From: Chroococcales cyanobacterium
GTDB taxonomy: Bacteria; Cyanobacteriota; Cyanobacteriia; Cyanobacteriales; Nostocaceae
DNA: 53,619 nucleotides
Direction: 5' to 3'
Assembly: GCA_038259655.1 (NCBI GenBank)
Contig: JBBSOP010000001.1
Location: 1-53,619 of the forward strand
This document shows, one piece after another, positions 30,744 to 41,300 of this stretch. Under the pieces are notes generated by a model. The model had not been told where the DNA came from and did no database searches. It was given only the letters and a program-made list of their open reading frames with translations. Made by a program: the position numbers and the translations under genes. Position 1 is the stretch's first letter; every line of letters starts with the position of its first letter.

Positions 30744-32453
30744 ATGAATACAATATCTTTACAACAGAACATTAAGCGTTCTTGGCAACTACCTTTCACT
30801 AGCAACTCAGATTCAACCGTAATTATAGGCGATCGCAGTCTCACAATCGATGAAGTTGTCAGCGTCGCCCGTTATGGCACACGAGCCAGCTTAACTAATA
30901 ATGCAGACATCATCAAAGGCGTGCAAGCATCTTGTGATTACATCAACAATGCAGTTGAAACAGGCCAGCCCATATACGGCGTAACTTCTGGCTTTGGTGG
31001 TATGGCTCATGTTGTCGTCTCCCGCGAACAAGCAGCCGAACTTCAAACCAACTTAATTTGGTTTCTTAAAGCCGGGGCTGGGGGGAGATTACCCCTAGCA
31101 GATGTTCGTGCTGCCATGCTTTTACGTGCCAACTCCCATTTATATGGTGCATCAGGCATCCGCCTAGAATTAATTCAGCGGCTCGAAACTTTCCTCAATG
31201 CTGGTGTTACACCTTATGTATACGAGTTTGGCTCGATTGGTGCTAGTGGTGATTTAGTGCCGCTATCTTACATTACTGGTGCGCTCATCGGTATAGATTC
31301 CAGCTTTAGCGTTGACTTCAACGGTAAAGAAATGGATGCGCCAACAGCATTACGTCAGCTAAGTTTGCCACAGTTGCAACTGCAACCGAAAGAAGGCTTG
31401 GCAATGATGAATGGCACTTCAGTCATGACAGGTATTGCAGCTAACTGTGTATATGACACTAGAATTTTACTCGCATTAGCAATGGGTGTACACGCCTTAG
31501 CCATTCAAGGTTTATACGGTACTAATCAATCTTTCCATCCATTTATTCATCAGCGCAAACCACATCCTGGTCAACTATGGACAGCAGACCAGATGTTTAA
31601 CCTGCTTCAGGGTTCACACTTAGTTCGTGATGAATTAGATGGTAAACACGAATACCGGGGTCAAGAGTTAATTCAGGATCGTTATTCTCTGCGTTGCTTA
31701 CCACAGTATATAGGGCCAATTGTTGACGGAGTATCACAAATTGCCAAGCAAATCGAGATCGAAATGAACTCAGTTACCGACAACCCACTAATTGATGTTG
31801 AAAACCAAGCTAGTTATCACGGCGGTAATTTTCTCGGACAGTACGTAGGGATGGGAATGGATCATCTGCGTTACTATCTTGGGCTATTGGCTAAACATAT
31901 CGATGTACAAATTGCCCTCATGGTTTCACCAGAGTTTAGTAATGGACTACCACCGTCTTTAGTTGGTAATCCTGAGCGTAAAGTCAATATGGGACTCAAA
32001 GGTTTGCAAATCAGTGGTAACTCAATTATGCCCCTATTGACCTTCTATGGTAATTCTTTAGCCGATCGCTTTCCTACCCATGCCGAGCAATTTAATCAAA
32101 ATATCAATAGCCAAGGATACATTTCTGCTACTTTAGCCCGTCGTTCTGTAGATATCTTTCAGAATTATATAGCGATCGCGCTCATGTTTGGAGTCCAAGC
32201 TGTTGATCTCCGCACCTATAAAATGGCTGGTCATTACGACGCACGTCAATGTTTATCACCCGCCACTGTCGAATTATACACCGCAGTTCGTCAAGTCGTC
32301 GGACAGCCACCAACTTCTGTACGTCCATACATCTGGAACGATAACGAGCAATCTTTAGATCAGCATATTGCCAGAATTTCAAACGATATAGCTACTGGCG
32401 GTCTAATTGTGCAAGCAGTTAGTGATATTTTGTCAAGCTTAAAGTCTATATAA
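30744..32453 (+). CDS. pal: Phenylalanine ammonia-lyase
   Basis: MIO motif GASGDL; YGVTSGFG; LIWFL with Phe at the Phe/His selectivity position. From memory, closely resembles Nostoc punctiforme PAL. Start ATG 30738 or 30744. Confidence 0.93.
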   Translation: MNTISLQQNIKRSWQLPFTSNSDSTVIIGDRSLTIDEVVSVARYGTRASLTNNADIIKGVQASCDYINNAVETGQPIYGVTSGFGGMAHVVVSREQAAELQTNLIWFLKAGAGGRLPLADVRAAMLLRANSHLYGASGIRLELIQRLETFLNAGVTPYVYEFGSIGASGDLVPLSYITGALIGIDSSFSVDFNGKEMDAPTALRQLSLPQLQLQPKEGLAMMNGTSVMTGIAANCVYDTRILLALAMGVHALAIQGLYGTNQSFHPFIHQRKPHPGQLWTADQMFNLLQGSHLVRDELDGKHEYRGQELIQDRYSLRCLPQYIGPIVDGVSQIAKQIEIEMNSVTDNPLIDVENQASYHGGNFLGQYVGMGMDHLRYYLGLLAKHIDVQIALMVSPEFSNGLPPSLVGNPERKVNMGLKGLQISGNSIMPLLTFYGNSLADRFPTHAEQFNQNINSQGYISATLARRSVDIFQNYIAIALMFGVQAVDLRTYKMAGHYDARQCLSPATVELYTAVRQVVGQPPTSVRPYIWNDNEQSLDQHIARISNDIATGGLIVQAVSDILSSLKSI

Positions 32454-32624
32454 TTGGTAATTCGACGTTGCATAAATGCGTGATGAAATCAGATTTTTGA
32501 CCAAAGCGAAAGATTTCTGTTTTGCGCCTTTGCGCCTACCCTGCGGGTTCCGCTTTAGCGGTATGCGCGAAACATAAATCATCCCATAAATTAGCAACGC
32601 CCATAATTCAATAGCTTTTTAATT

Positions 32625-32741
32625 AGGACTTACGCAATAACTCTCTGAAACCCTCTTAACTTTGTGTCCTCTGTGTCCTTTGCGGTACCCTTCGGGAAGC
32701 CGCTGGCGCGTCTACGTTTTCCATAATTTTGCGTAAGTCCT
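32625..32741. mobile_element. MITE-like miniature element with 13-bp terminal inverted repeats
   Basis: aggacttacgcaa (32625) / ttgcgtaagtcct (32729-32741) enclosing other small repeats. Confidence 0.6.
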
Positions 32742-32788
32742 GTTAATTACGAATTATTCATGCAGTTCAGTTAGGAGAAAATTTAATC

Positions 32789-34309
32789 ATGAATATTGCC
32801 CAAAATGTAGAGCTTGCTTGCTACCTTTTTCCCAACAAACCAGCCCTCATCTTTGAAGAAACATCTTTCACTTACCAAGAACTAGATGAGATGGCAAATC
32901 GTATTGCTAACGGTTTACGCAGTTTAGGAATTAGGCGGGGAGAGCGGATCGCCTTATTTTTACCAAACATTCCCGAATTTGTCATTTCCTATCTTGGCAT
33001 TCTTAAAATTGGCGCGATCGCTGTCTCAATTAATGTCATGTTCAAAAGTGATGAAGTCAGCTATATTCTCAACGATTGTGCTGCCAAAATCATCATTACC
33101 ACAGAGTCACAAAGTCAGTATGTCCAAGAGGCAGATTTACCTCAACTGCGACACATTTTGATTGCAGAAGGTACAGCTAAAAAAGGCATCGGTCTCACAC
33201 AAATCATGGACAATGCTTCTCCTGAAGCACGCGCTATTGAAATGGATCGCCATGCTCCTGCAAGTATCCTTTATACATCAGGTACAACAGGCTTTCCTAA
33301 AGGAGCGACACTATCTCACGGCAATGTACTTTTTAATAGCTACTGTGCTAACTCTTGCTATCGCATTCAAAGGAGCGATCGCCTACTACTTTACTTACCC
33401 TTATTCCATTGTTTTGGTCAAAATGCGATTCTGAATGCTGGTCTATCTGCCTGTGCGACTATTGTTTTGCAACGCCGATTTGAACCAGAAAAAGTCCTGC
33501 AAACTATCACTAATCATCAAGTAACAATGTTGTTTGGTGTGCCGACTGTGTTCATCAAACTGCTGAATATGGATACCTCACAATCCAATCTTCAAAATAT
33601 CCGTTATTACTTTTCAGCAGCCGCATCTATGCCTTCGGAAGTAGCAAAGAATTGGTATCAAAAATATAAACTTGTCATTCATGAAGGATATGGACTCACG
33701 GAAACATCACCATTTGCAACTTATAATCACAACCAAAAATATAAGCTAGGAAGTGTAGGAACTCCCATTGCAAATGTGGAAATGAAAATTGTTGATGGTC
33801 ATGGTAATCAAGTACAAACAGGAGAATTAGGTGAAATAGCGATCAAGGGAGCAAACGTCATGCTTGGTTATTGGAATCGCCCCTTTGAAACCGCAGAAGT
33901 AATTAAAAATGGTTGGTTCCATACTGGTGACATAGGTCGAACTGATGAAGAAGGTTTTTTCTATATAGTTGATCGCTTAAAAGACATGATCAACGTTTCT
34001 GGATTTAAAGTTTATCCCAGTGAAGTTGAAAATGTGATTTATCAACATCCAGCAATTGCAGAAGTAGCTGTTTATGGAGTTAGCGATCGCCTCCAATGTG
34101 AGATTGTCAAAGCACATATTATTCTCAAGACTGGTTATGCAACTACAGAACAACAAATCATTGAATTTTGTTCTCAAAGAATGGCAACTTACAAAATTCC
34201 TCGTGTGATTAAATTTGTCGATGCAATTCCGAAAAATTCCACCGGGAAAGTCTTAAAGCGAGTGTTACGTCAAGAATCAACATCTTTATTTGCTGTTGTG
34301 ACTCATTAA
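32789..34309 (+). CDS. Acyl/aryl-CoA ligase (putative cinnamate-CoA ligase, CybC-like)
   Basis: YTSGTTGFPKG, EGYGLTE, TGDIG, PKNSTGK; directly follows PAL. Confidence 0.9.
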   Translation: MNIAQNVELACYLFPNKPALIFEETSFTYQELDEMANRIANGLRSLGIRRGERIALFLPNIPEFVISYLGILKIGAIAVSINVMFKSDEVSYILNDCAAKIIITTESQSQYVQEADLPQLRHILIAEGTAKKGIGLTQIMDNASPEARAIEMDRHAPASILYTSGTTGFPKGATLSHGNVLFNSYCANSCYRIQRSDRLLLYLPLFHCFGQNAILNAGLSACATIVLQRRFEPEKVLQTITNHQVTMLFGVPTVFIKLLNMDTSQSNLQNIRYYFSAAASMPSEVAKNWYQKYKLVIHEGYGLTETSPFATYNHNQKYKLGSVGTPIANVEMKIVDGHGNQVQTGELGEIAIKGANVMLGYWNRPFETAEVIKNGWFHTGDIGRTDEEGFFYIVDRLKDMINVSGFKVYPSEVENVIYQHPAIAEVAVYGVSDRLQCEIVKAHIILKTGYATTEQQIIEFCSQRMATYKIPRVIKFVDAIPKNSTGKVLKRVLRQESTSLFAVVTH

Positions 34310-34338
34310 TAAACTTTGTACAATTAAAGTAGGCGATC

Positions 34339-36093
34339 GTGAACACCAAAACTCTAACCAAAACCTCAAATCCCTTAGAGCAGTTATCAAGAAATACTGC
34401 TATTCCATCCAATATCATCTCAGTTGAACAAACAAAAGATTGGACTGTTGCAGCAGCTTTAGTCAAGACATTAGAAGATTTGGGAGTTCGTTATGCTTTT
34501 GGCTTATTTGGGGGCGGAATTACACCCCTTGTAGCCAGCCTAGAGCAAAGCTCCATCCAAGTACTGCAATTTCGTCATGAAGCCGGAGCCGCATTTGCAG
34601 CTATTGAGTCTTACTTTGCTAGCGGACACCCTGTTGTCGTCTTCAGCACAACTGGCCCAGGTATCACCAACGCTCTAACTGGATTATTTGCTGCTCGTTG
34701 GGAAGGAGCAAAAATCATTTTTTTATCACCTTCTACCTCTGCAACCCAACGCGGACGCTGGGCTTTTCAAGAAACTAGTTCTTACACCATGTCTAATACA
34801 GGCATTTTTACATCAGGAACATTATTTCACTATGCCACCACCGTTGAATGCAGTTCGGAACTTCCAGAAATTGCCCACAGACTCGCTTTAGGTTTAGGAA
34901 AACCAGGTGGTTTTGTCGGTCATATCAGTATTCCCAGACCAATCCAGACAAGTCCGGTGACAACACCATTACCTCGCGTCAATTTTTCCCAATCTCCCGT
35001 GACCGCTGGAGAAGATACTATCTGTAAATCTTTACAACTGCTATGTGAGGGGCCATTTGCCATCTGGGTAGGTTTCGGTGCTAGAGGTGCAGCCCCAGAA
35101 ATTCGTCAACTAGCCGAGAGAACCAACGCTGCGGTAATGACATCATCTCGTGGTAAGGGGATATTTCCTGAAGATCATCCTCAGTTTATCGGTGTCACAG
35201 GCTTTGGCGGACATAACTCTGTTTTGGAATATATGCAAAAGCAGCGTCCTTTGCGGATCTTGGTTTTGGGAACTAGGCTCAGTGAATTTACTTCATTTTG
35301 GAGTCCAGTGATGGTTCCCTCACGCGGGTTTATACACGTAGATATCGACCCAGAAGTACCGGGGACTGCTTATCCATCAGCAGAGACATTCTCCGTTCAA
35401 TCTGATGTAGGAGCTTTTGTCAAGTCTTTACTAAAGTATTTTCCAGAATCTTCTCATCCATCACCAATGTTACCCCTGCCCCGTCCTCAATGCGAGGTCA
35501 TTGAGCCTCGTATAAATGGTCTGGTGCGCCCTGAAATGCTAATGGATACTATTCAAAACATAATTGTCGAAAACAGCGATGCCGTAGTCATTACTGAGGC
35601 AGGTAACTCCTTTGCTTGGGGAACCCACACACTGCGATTTGCTACACCAGGACGTTATCGCGTCAGTACCGGTTTTGGCTCAATGGGACATGCTGGTACG
35701 GGTGTTTTAGGTGCTGCACTGGCGCGAAATCGTAAAGCTGTTGCCATCCTCGGTGATGGTGCAATGCTGATGAACAGTGAAATCAGTACCGCTGTCAAAC
35801 ACAAAATTCCGGCTGTATGGATTGTCCTCAATGATGCACGTTACAACATGTGCGACCAGGGCATGAACATGGAAGGATTTTACGGTGTAGATGCAGACAT
35901 TGAGAGCGCAGATTTCGTGATGATTGCCCGTGGTATGGGAGCCGATGGCATTCGTGTACATAACGAATCTGATCTTGAAGCAGCTCTAGAAATAGCTCTA
36001 GCCTCGATTACCCCATTCGTAGTTGATGTCATTATCGATCCGACTCGACCAGCCCCCATTGGCAACCGGATTAACAGCCTCATTAGTCAATAA
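34339..36093 (+). CDS. ThDP-dependent acyloin synthase (ScyA/CybE-like)
   Basis: RHEAGAAF, TTGPG, GDGAMLMN...LND ThDP motif; PAL-ligase-KSIII context. Confidence 0.85.
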   Translation: MNTKTLTKTSNPLEQLSRNTAIPSNIISVEQTKDWTVAAALVKTLEDLGVRYAFGLFGGGITPLVASLEQSSIQVLQFRHEAGAAFAAIESYFASGHPVVVFSTTGPGITNALTGLFAARWEGAKIIFLSPSTSATQRGRWAFQETSSYTMSNTGIFTSGTLFHYATTVECSSELPEIAHRLALGLGKPGGFVGHISIPRPIQTSPVTTPLPRVNFSQSPVTAGEDTICKSLQLLCEGPFAIWVGFGARGAAPEIRQLAERTNAAVMTSSRGKGIFPEDHPQFIGVTGFGGHNSVLEYMQKQRPLRILVLGTRLSEFTSFWSPVMVPSRGFIHVDIDPEVPGTAYPSAETFSVQSDVGAFVKSLLKYFPESSHPSPMLPLPRPQCEVIEPRINGLVRPEMLMDTIQNIIVENSDAVVITEAGNSFAWGTHTLRFATPGRYRVSTGFGSMGHAGTGVLGAALARNRKAVAILGDGAMLMNSEISTAVKHKIPAVWIVLNDARYNMCDQGMNMEGFYGVDADIESADFVMIARGMGADGIRVHNESDLEAALEIALASITPFVVDVIIDPTRPAPIGNRINSLISQ

Positions 36094-36358
36094 TAATTCC
36101 TGGCATTACTGAATATAAGGATGAAAATCAAAAATTCAATCTCTCAAACCCTTATTCTCCGCGCCTCTGCGCGGCAGTCGCTACAAGTCGGGGAACCCGC
36201 CCAACGCGCTGCCTTGTCTCTGCGTGTTAGCGTTCGCGGAGCGTCTCGTAGAGAAGCGGGGCGTAGCCCGACAAAAATCATCCCATCAATCAGCAACGCC
36301 GTCAATAATGATTCCTTCCTTTGCTCCCTCATTTACCCACTTTTTAAGGAGATTAATC

Positions 36359-37489
36359 ATGATTTATCCACCAGTAGGTATTCGCTCAATTGCCGTCAAC
36401 TTTCCCAGCGTCATTCGCACAAATGATTACTGGCGAGAAAATTACCCTGATGTAGTTGCAACAGCCGAGGAAAAAAGCTTATCCAAGGTATTCTCACCTG
36501 CTGATGCCACTCCCAGTAATAAGTTTGAACTAGAAATGACACCATATCTCAAAGACCCTTTCCGTGGTACTGTCGAGCGCCGGATACTGAGTTCGGATGA
36601 GTCATCACTTACATTAGAGTATAGCGCAGCCAAAGAGGCGATCGCAGCTGCCCAAATGTCTCCTGAAGACATCGATTTGATGATTGTTGCTTCACTTTGG
36701 CCAGAACATATCCTCCCTGGGAATGCCGCCTTTCTTGCTAGTCAACTTGGTTTGCGTGGTGCTGCTTGGAATCTTGATTCCACTTGTTCTAATGCTATGG
36801 TGGCGCTGCAAAATGCCACAGCCCTGGTACGAACTGGAGAATACCGCAATGTACTAGTTGTAGTCTCTTGCACCTATTCTCGCTTTACTGACGAAAACGA
36901 TACACTCTCATGGTTTTTTGGTGATGGTGCTGGAGCTTTTGTAGTTGCACCACTCAGATCAAATCAAGGAATCCTGAGTACTAAAATTGTCAATACATCT
37001 GCAACTTGTGGGACTTTTTATAATGAATTAACCACGAATGCTGAAGGCAAGCCAAAGATGTTAATCCGAGCAGCCAAGAACACCAACAGAGTATTAAGCG
37101 AAACTGCTGTAGATTACCTGCGTGAATGCTGCTTGGGTGCAATGATTGGTGCTGGTGTCACCCTTGATCAAATTAAATTTTTTGCTTTTAATACGCCCAC
37201 TGCTTGGTATTCGCGTCTCTGCACCGAAGCACTGGGCATCGAGCCGGAAAGGACAATTAACCTTTACCCCCACTATGCCAACATTGGGCCAATGCTGCCC
37301 ATCGCTAATCTTTACCACGGCGCACAATTAGGTAAAATTCACGAAGACGACTTGGTTCTTGTATACACCATCGGTTCAGTATCCAACGCTGCTGCCACCG
37401 TCATGCGCTGGGGAAATGTTGCTCTAGGGTCAGCACCTGTCACCTTAGCTAACTTAACGGTTGGTTTGCAAAATTTGGTACTCACGTAA
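36359..37489 (+). CDS. FabH-like protein, putative furanolide synthase (CybF-like)
   Basis: Thiolase-fold motifs DSTCS, GDGAGA, YANIG; NTPT replaces HQAN; ATG 36359 after AAGGAG. Confidence 0.8.
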   Translation: MIYPPVGIRSIAVNFPSVIRTNDYWRENYPDVVATAEEKSLSKVFSPADATPSNKFELEMTPYLKDPFRGTVERRILSSDESSLTLEYSAAKEAIAAAQMSPEDIDLMIVASLWPEHILPGNAAFLASQLGLRGAAWNLDSTCSNAMVALQNATALVRTGEYRNVLVVVSCTYSRFTDENDTLSWFFGDGAGAFVVAPLRSNQGILSTKIVNTSATCGTFYNELTTNAEGKPKMLIRAAKNTNRVLSETAVDYLRECCLGAMIGAGVTLDQIKFFAFNTPTAWYSRLCTEALGIEPERTINLYPHYANIGPMLPIANLYHGAQLGKIHEDDLVLVYTIGSVSNAAATVMRWGNVALGSAPVTLANLTVGLQNLVLT

Positions 37490-37529
37490 TTTCTAATTTT
37501 ACCGGATGCTACTACAACCCCTAAACTAA

Positions 37530-37868
37530 CTACTTAGCAGAAATCGTCAGAGGTTGGACTTTTTGTCGCCGTTTTCCTTTAGTAGGTACAAAGCGAATTT
37601 CAACAGTGTAACCAGCCCCTGAAGCCAGTTTTGCTAAAGTTTCAAATTTAGGAACCTGTTTGCCAGATTCAATCCGAGCTAGCTGTGGCTGTTGAATACC
37701 AACCAACTCAGCAAAATCACGTTGGTTTAAACCACTAGCTTTCCTCAGAGCAATTACTCGCCTTGCGAACTGAAATTCTGGTTCCAGTGCTTCATATTCA
37801 GCTTTTACTTCTGGGTCTGCTAGTACTTCATCACGGATAGAATCCCAGGAAATTGTTTTAGAGGTCAT
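37530..37868 (-). CDS. XRE-family HTH antitoxin
   Basis: LRKASGLNQRDFAELVGIQQPQLARIESG; start overlaps the toxin stop (ATGA). Confidence 0.85.
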   Translation of the reverse strand: MTSKTISWDSIRDEVLADPEVKAEYEALEPEFQFARRVIALRKASGLNQRDFAELVGIQQPQLARIESGKQVPKFETLAKLASGAGYTVEIRFVPTKGKRRQKVQPLTISAK

Positions 37869-38280
37869 TGTTTTTTACTCTTCTTAGATTTATTGCCTTT
37901 TAATAGAGAAGCCTTTTGTTGTTGAAGTTTCTCTCGTTCCATAAAGTCCTTCATTCGTTCTTTAGCCAATTTCAACTCTTTTCTGGGTATTTTTTGACTT
38001 TTTTTTTGAAATCCGTGAAGCAAGATGAACTGCTTGCCAGTGGATGCAAAATAAATTACGCGATAGATGTTTGTGTCTTGTTCTGCTCGGATTTCATAAA
38101 GCTTGTCCTCAAGATGCTTAACATGTGGCTCTCCTACAGCTACCCCTTGTTCCTTTAAAAGGTCAAAAATATGACCTAGCCTAGCCTAGCCTTAACCTTT
38201 GCATCCTGTTTTTTAAACCAATCTAGTACTGGAGATTCCTCATTGGCAAACTGATAAAACTCAACTTTCCACGCACTCAC
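37865..38280 (-). pseudogene. RelE/HigB (Gp49-like) toxin, frameshifted
   Basis: Manual translation gives (V)SAWKVEFY...SPVLDWF, then EPHVKHL...LYEIR...YRVIYF...LLHGFQKKSQK; the frames are separated by (GCTAG)x3 at 38176-38190, which creates TAG. Confidence 0.85.
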
Positions 38281-38292
38281 TTAATTGACTAT

Positions 38293-38316
38293 TATGATAA
38301 CGCTAATGTTATCATA
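38293..38316. promoter_or_regulatory. Putative TA operator (9-bp inverted repeat)
   Basis: tatgataac-N6-gttatcata just upstream of the toxin start. Confidence 0.55.
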
Positions 38317-38366
38317 GCTTTTCGTTAGACTTAACAGCCTTAAGGTTTTAAACGCTTGACAAACTA

Positions 38367-41300
38367 CTAATTCTCTCCGTACTCAACCGCCCCTAACGCT
38401 TTTAACGTGGTAATAGTGGCTAGAGTTACACCCGTAACGCCCTTAATATTCATGCCTTCGTAATGTCTAGGGCTTTTGAGAGTTTCTAAGCACTCACCAC
38501 TCTTAACATCCCACAACTTAATTGTCGCATCTTCACTAGCACTAATTAAAGTTTGATTGTCTGGGCTAAAGGCGACTGACCACACCCACTTGGTATGTCC
38601 CAACAAAGTTTTGATACAATTACCAGTGCTGACATCCCATAATTTTACGGCTTGATCACCACTACCGCTAGCTAAGGTGCGGCCATCTGGACTGAAGACG
38701 ACTGAGTACACACCATGTTCATGTCCCTGCAAAGTTTTGATACAATTACCAGTGCTGACATCCCATAATTTCACAGTTTTATCCCCACTGCCACTAGCTA
38801 GGGTGCGTCCGTCTGGACTGAAGTTAACTGACCAAATCCAGTCAGTATGGTTCTTGAAATGATAAAGACATTTCCCAGTTTTAACATCCCAAAGCCTAAC
38901 TGTTTGGTCATGAGAACCACTGGCCAGAAATTGACCATCCGGGCTGAAAGCAACTGACCAAACTCGATGAGTATGTCCTTGCAAGGTCTTGAAACATTGA
39001 CCAGTGGTGATATTCCATAGCCTGACCATTTGATCTTGGGAACCACTAGCTAGGGTTTGATTGTCGGGGCTGAAGGCTACAGACCAGACCCGATTAGTGT
39101 GTCCATGCAAAGTCTTAAAACACTGACCAGTGGTGATATCCCATAGCTTGACTATTTGATCCTCACTGGCACTTGCAAGAATCCGGCCGTCTAAACTAAT
39201 GGAAACTGATGTCACCCGACTATTGTGTCCACGCCAAGTTTTCAAACGTTTACCAGTGTTGGCATCCCATAAACTCAATGTTTGATCATTACTGCCACTA
39301 GCAAATATGCTACCACTGGGACTAAAAGCGACTGACCAAATCCCACTAGTACGACCTTGTAAAATCCTCAAACATCTACCAGTGTTGACATCCCACAGCC
39401 TCACTGTTTGGTCATCACTCGCACTTGCCAGCACTTGTTTGTCTGGACTAAAGGCTACTCCCCATACTCGTGTATCATGTCCGTGTAGAATTTTGAGGCA
39501 TTGATTTGTGCTGACATCCCACAGCCTCACTGTTTGGTCATCACTAGCACTTGCCAGCTTACAACCATCTGCACTAAAAGCAACTGAATTTACCAAGTCA
39601 GTATGACCTGGTAAAGTATGAAGGGATCGACCAGTGTTGATATTCCACAACTTCACTGTTTGGTCATGAGAACCGCTTGCCAACATCTCACCATTCGCAC
39701 TGAAGGCAACAGACTGTACCCTGCGGGTGTGTCCCTCCAAGATCTTAAGACATTGATTTGTGTTCAAATCCCATAGTTTTATGGTTTGGTCATTATTTCC
39801 GATCGCAAGTGTGTGATTATCTGGACTAAAGGCAACTGCCCACACCTGACTACCTAATCCCTGTAAAGTATGAAGGCATTGATTTGTGCTGACATCCCAC
39901 AACTTTACTGTTGTATCTTCACTGCCACTTGCAAGTATGTGGCCATCAAAACTGAAGGTAAGTGACCAAATCCCACCGCTATGACCTTGCAAAGTTGCTA
40001 TACATTGACCAGTATTAATATCCCACAGTTTGACTGTATTATCATCGCCACCGCTGGCAATAATTTGGCCATCGGGACTAAAGATAACTGGCCAGACCCA
40101 ACCTGTATGTCCTTTGCATGTGAGTAGTTGTTTTCCATCTGCAACCTGATGTAAGCGCACTTCCCCGTTAGTATCCCCTGTAGCCAAAAGTTTCCCATCA
40201 GGACTAAATGCCACTGAATGAATACCGCCAAGGGTTTCAGCAAAAACACTTTGAGCTAGATTAGCATTCACAAAATTTGCATTGTGCAAATTTACATTCC
40301 GCAGGTCTGCTTGCCAAACAGTTAAATCAGAAAAATCATAACCACTTAGATCTGTTTCTAAATGACAAAGTAAATTCAAAATATTTCCAGTTGTATAACT
40401 TTGTTCTAAGGGAGAAATCTTGCGTAAGTTTGTTAAAATTTGAGTTAGCTGATTTTCCAGAGTTATCTGACTTCTAAAAATAGCAAGCAATCCTTCTATT
40501 ACTGGTTGCAAGATGAGATGAATTTGGGTTTCTTTCACATAGTCTTTTGCAGTTGCTTTCATCAAAGCATGGCATCTAACAAGCTCAATCTTCTGAGTGA
40601 CAATCTCTTCACAAACTTGCTGTATCAATCGATTAATTGCATACTCCATGACTACAGGCTGTAGAGTAAAGAGTACTTTACTTTTCTCGATTAGAGATCG
40701 CCTCACTAAAGACTCTACAATCTCTAATAATTTTTGTAATGGTAATGCTGAGATGATATCGTTTTGTATTTCCGCAAGCGAAATCGGCTCATGATTAATT
40801 GCCAGCCAATAAATTATTTCTTTTTCTAAATCTGATAAACGTTCAAACTGCTCCTCTAAAATATCCCAAATGTCACCGAAAACGACTGCTTTTTGTTTTA
40901 AAAATTCCGAAACATTACCACTAAATAAATCTTGAATTGTTGTAGCAACGACTTTTAAAGCTAAGGCATTCCCTCCATAGCGTTCAACTAATGTTCTTAA
41001 TTCATGATCAGCAGCCGATATTCCTTTAATTTTTAAAATTTCTTGGCCATCATTTGCCAAAAGACCTTTTAGCATGAATGAACGAACGCATAACCCATCT
41101 CCTTCCATTGATGCTAATTCTTTGGGCTTTTCCCTGCTGGTTAGGATTAAGCAGCTTTGTTGTTCTGTTTGTCCTAATCGTTTTAAAAGTTCACTATATC
41201 CTTCGTATCCTTCTCGATAACGCCCAGCCCTACTACCACTACGTAAAATTGACTCCATATTATCTAGGATCAGCAAACATCGATGCTGTCGCAAATAATA

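Noticed and set aside
30744-36093. Histidine/tyrosine ammonia-lyase and housekeeping acetolactate synthase calls
   Set aside because: The lyase has FL at the selectivity positions (PAL type) and no hut genes are present; the ThDP enzyme is divergent from IlvB and sits in a secondary-metabolite operon.
36121-36426. Short ORFs at 36121-36426, 36144-36332, 26261-26464, 27636-27818 and 7617-7799
   Set aside because: They are translations of small dispersed or REP-like repeats.
37916-38158. 80-aa + strand ORF
   Set aside because: Antisense to the frameshifted toxin gene.
38480-40230. Periodic ~126-bp nucleotide repeats as a possible CRISPR array
   Set aside because: They are coding WD40 repeats; no invariant repeat/unique spacer pattern and no cas genes in the window.
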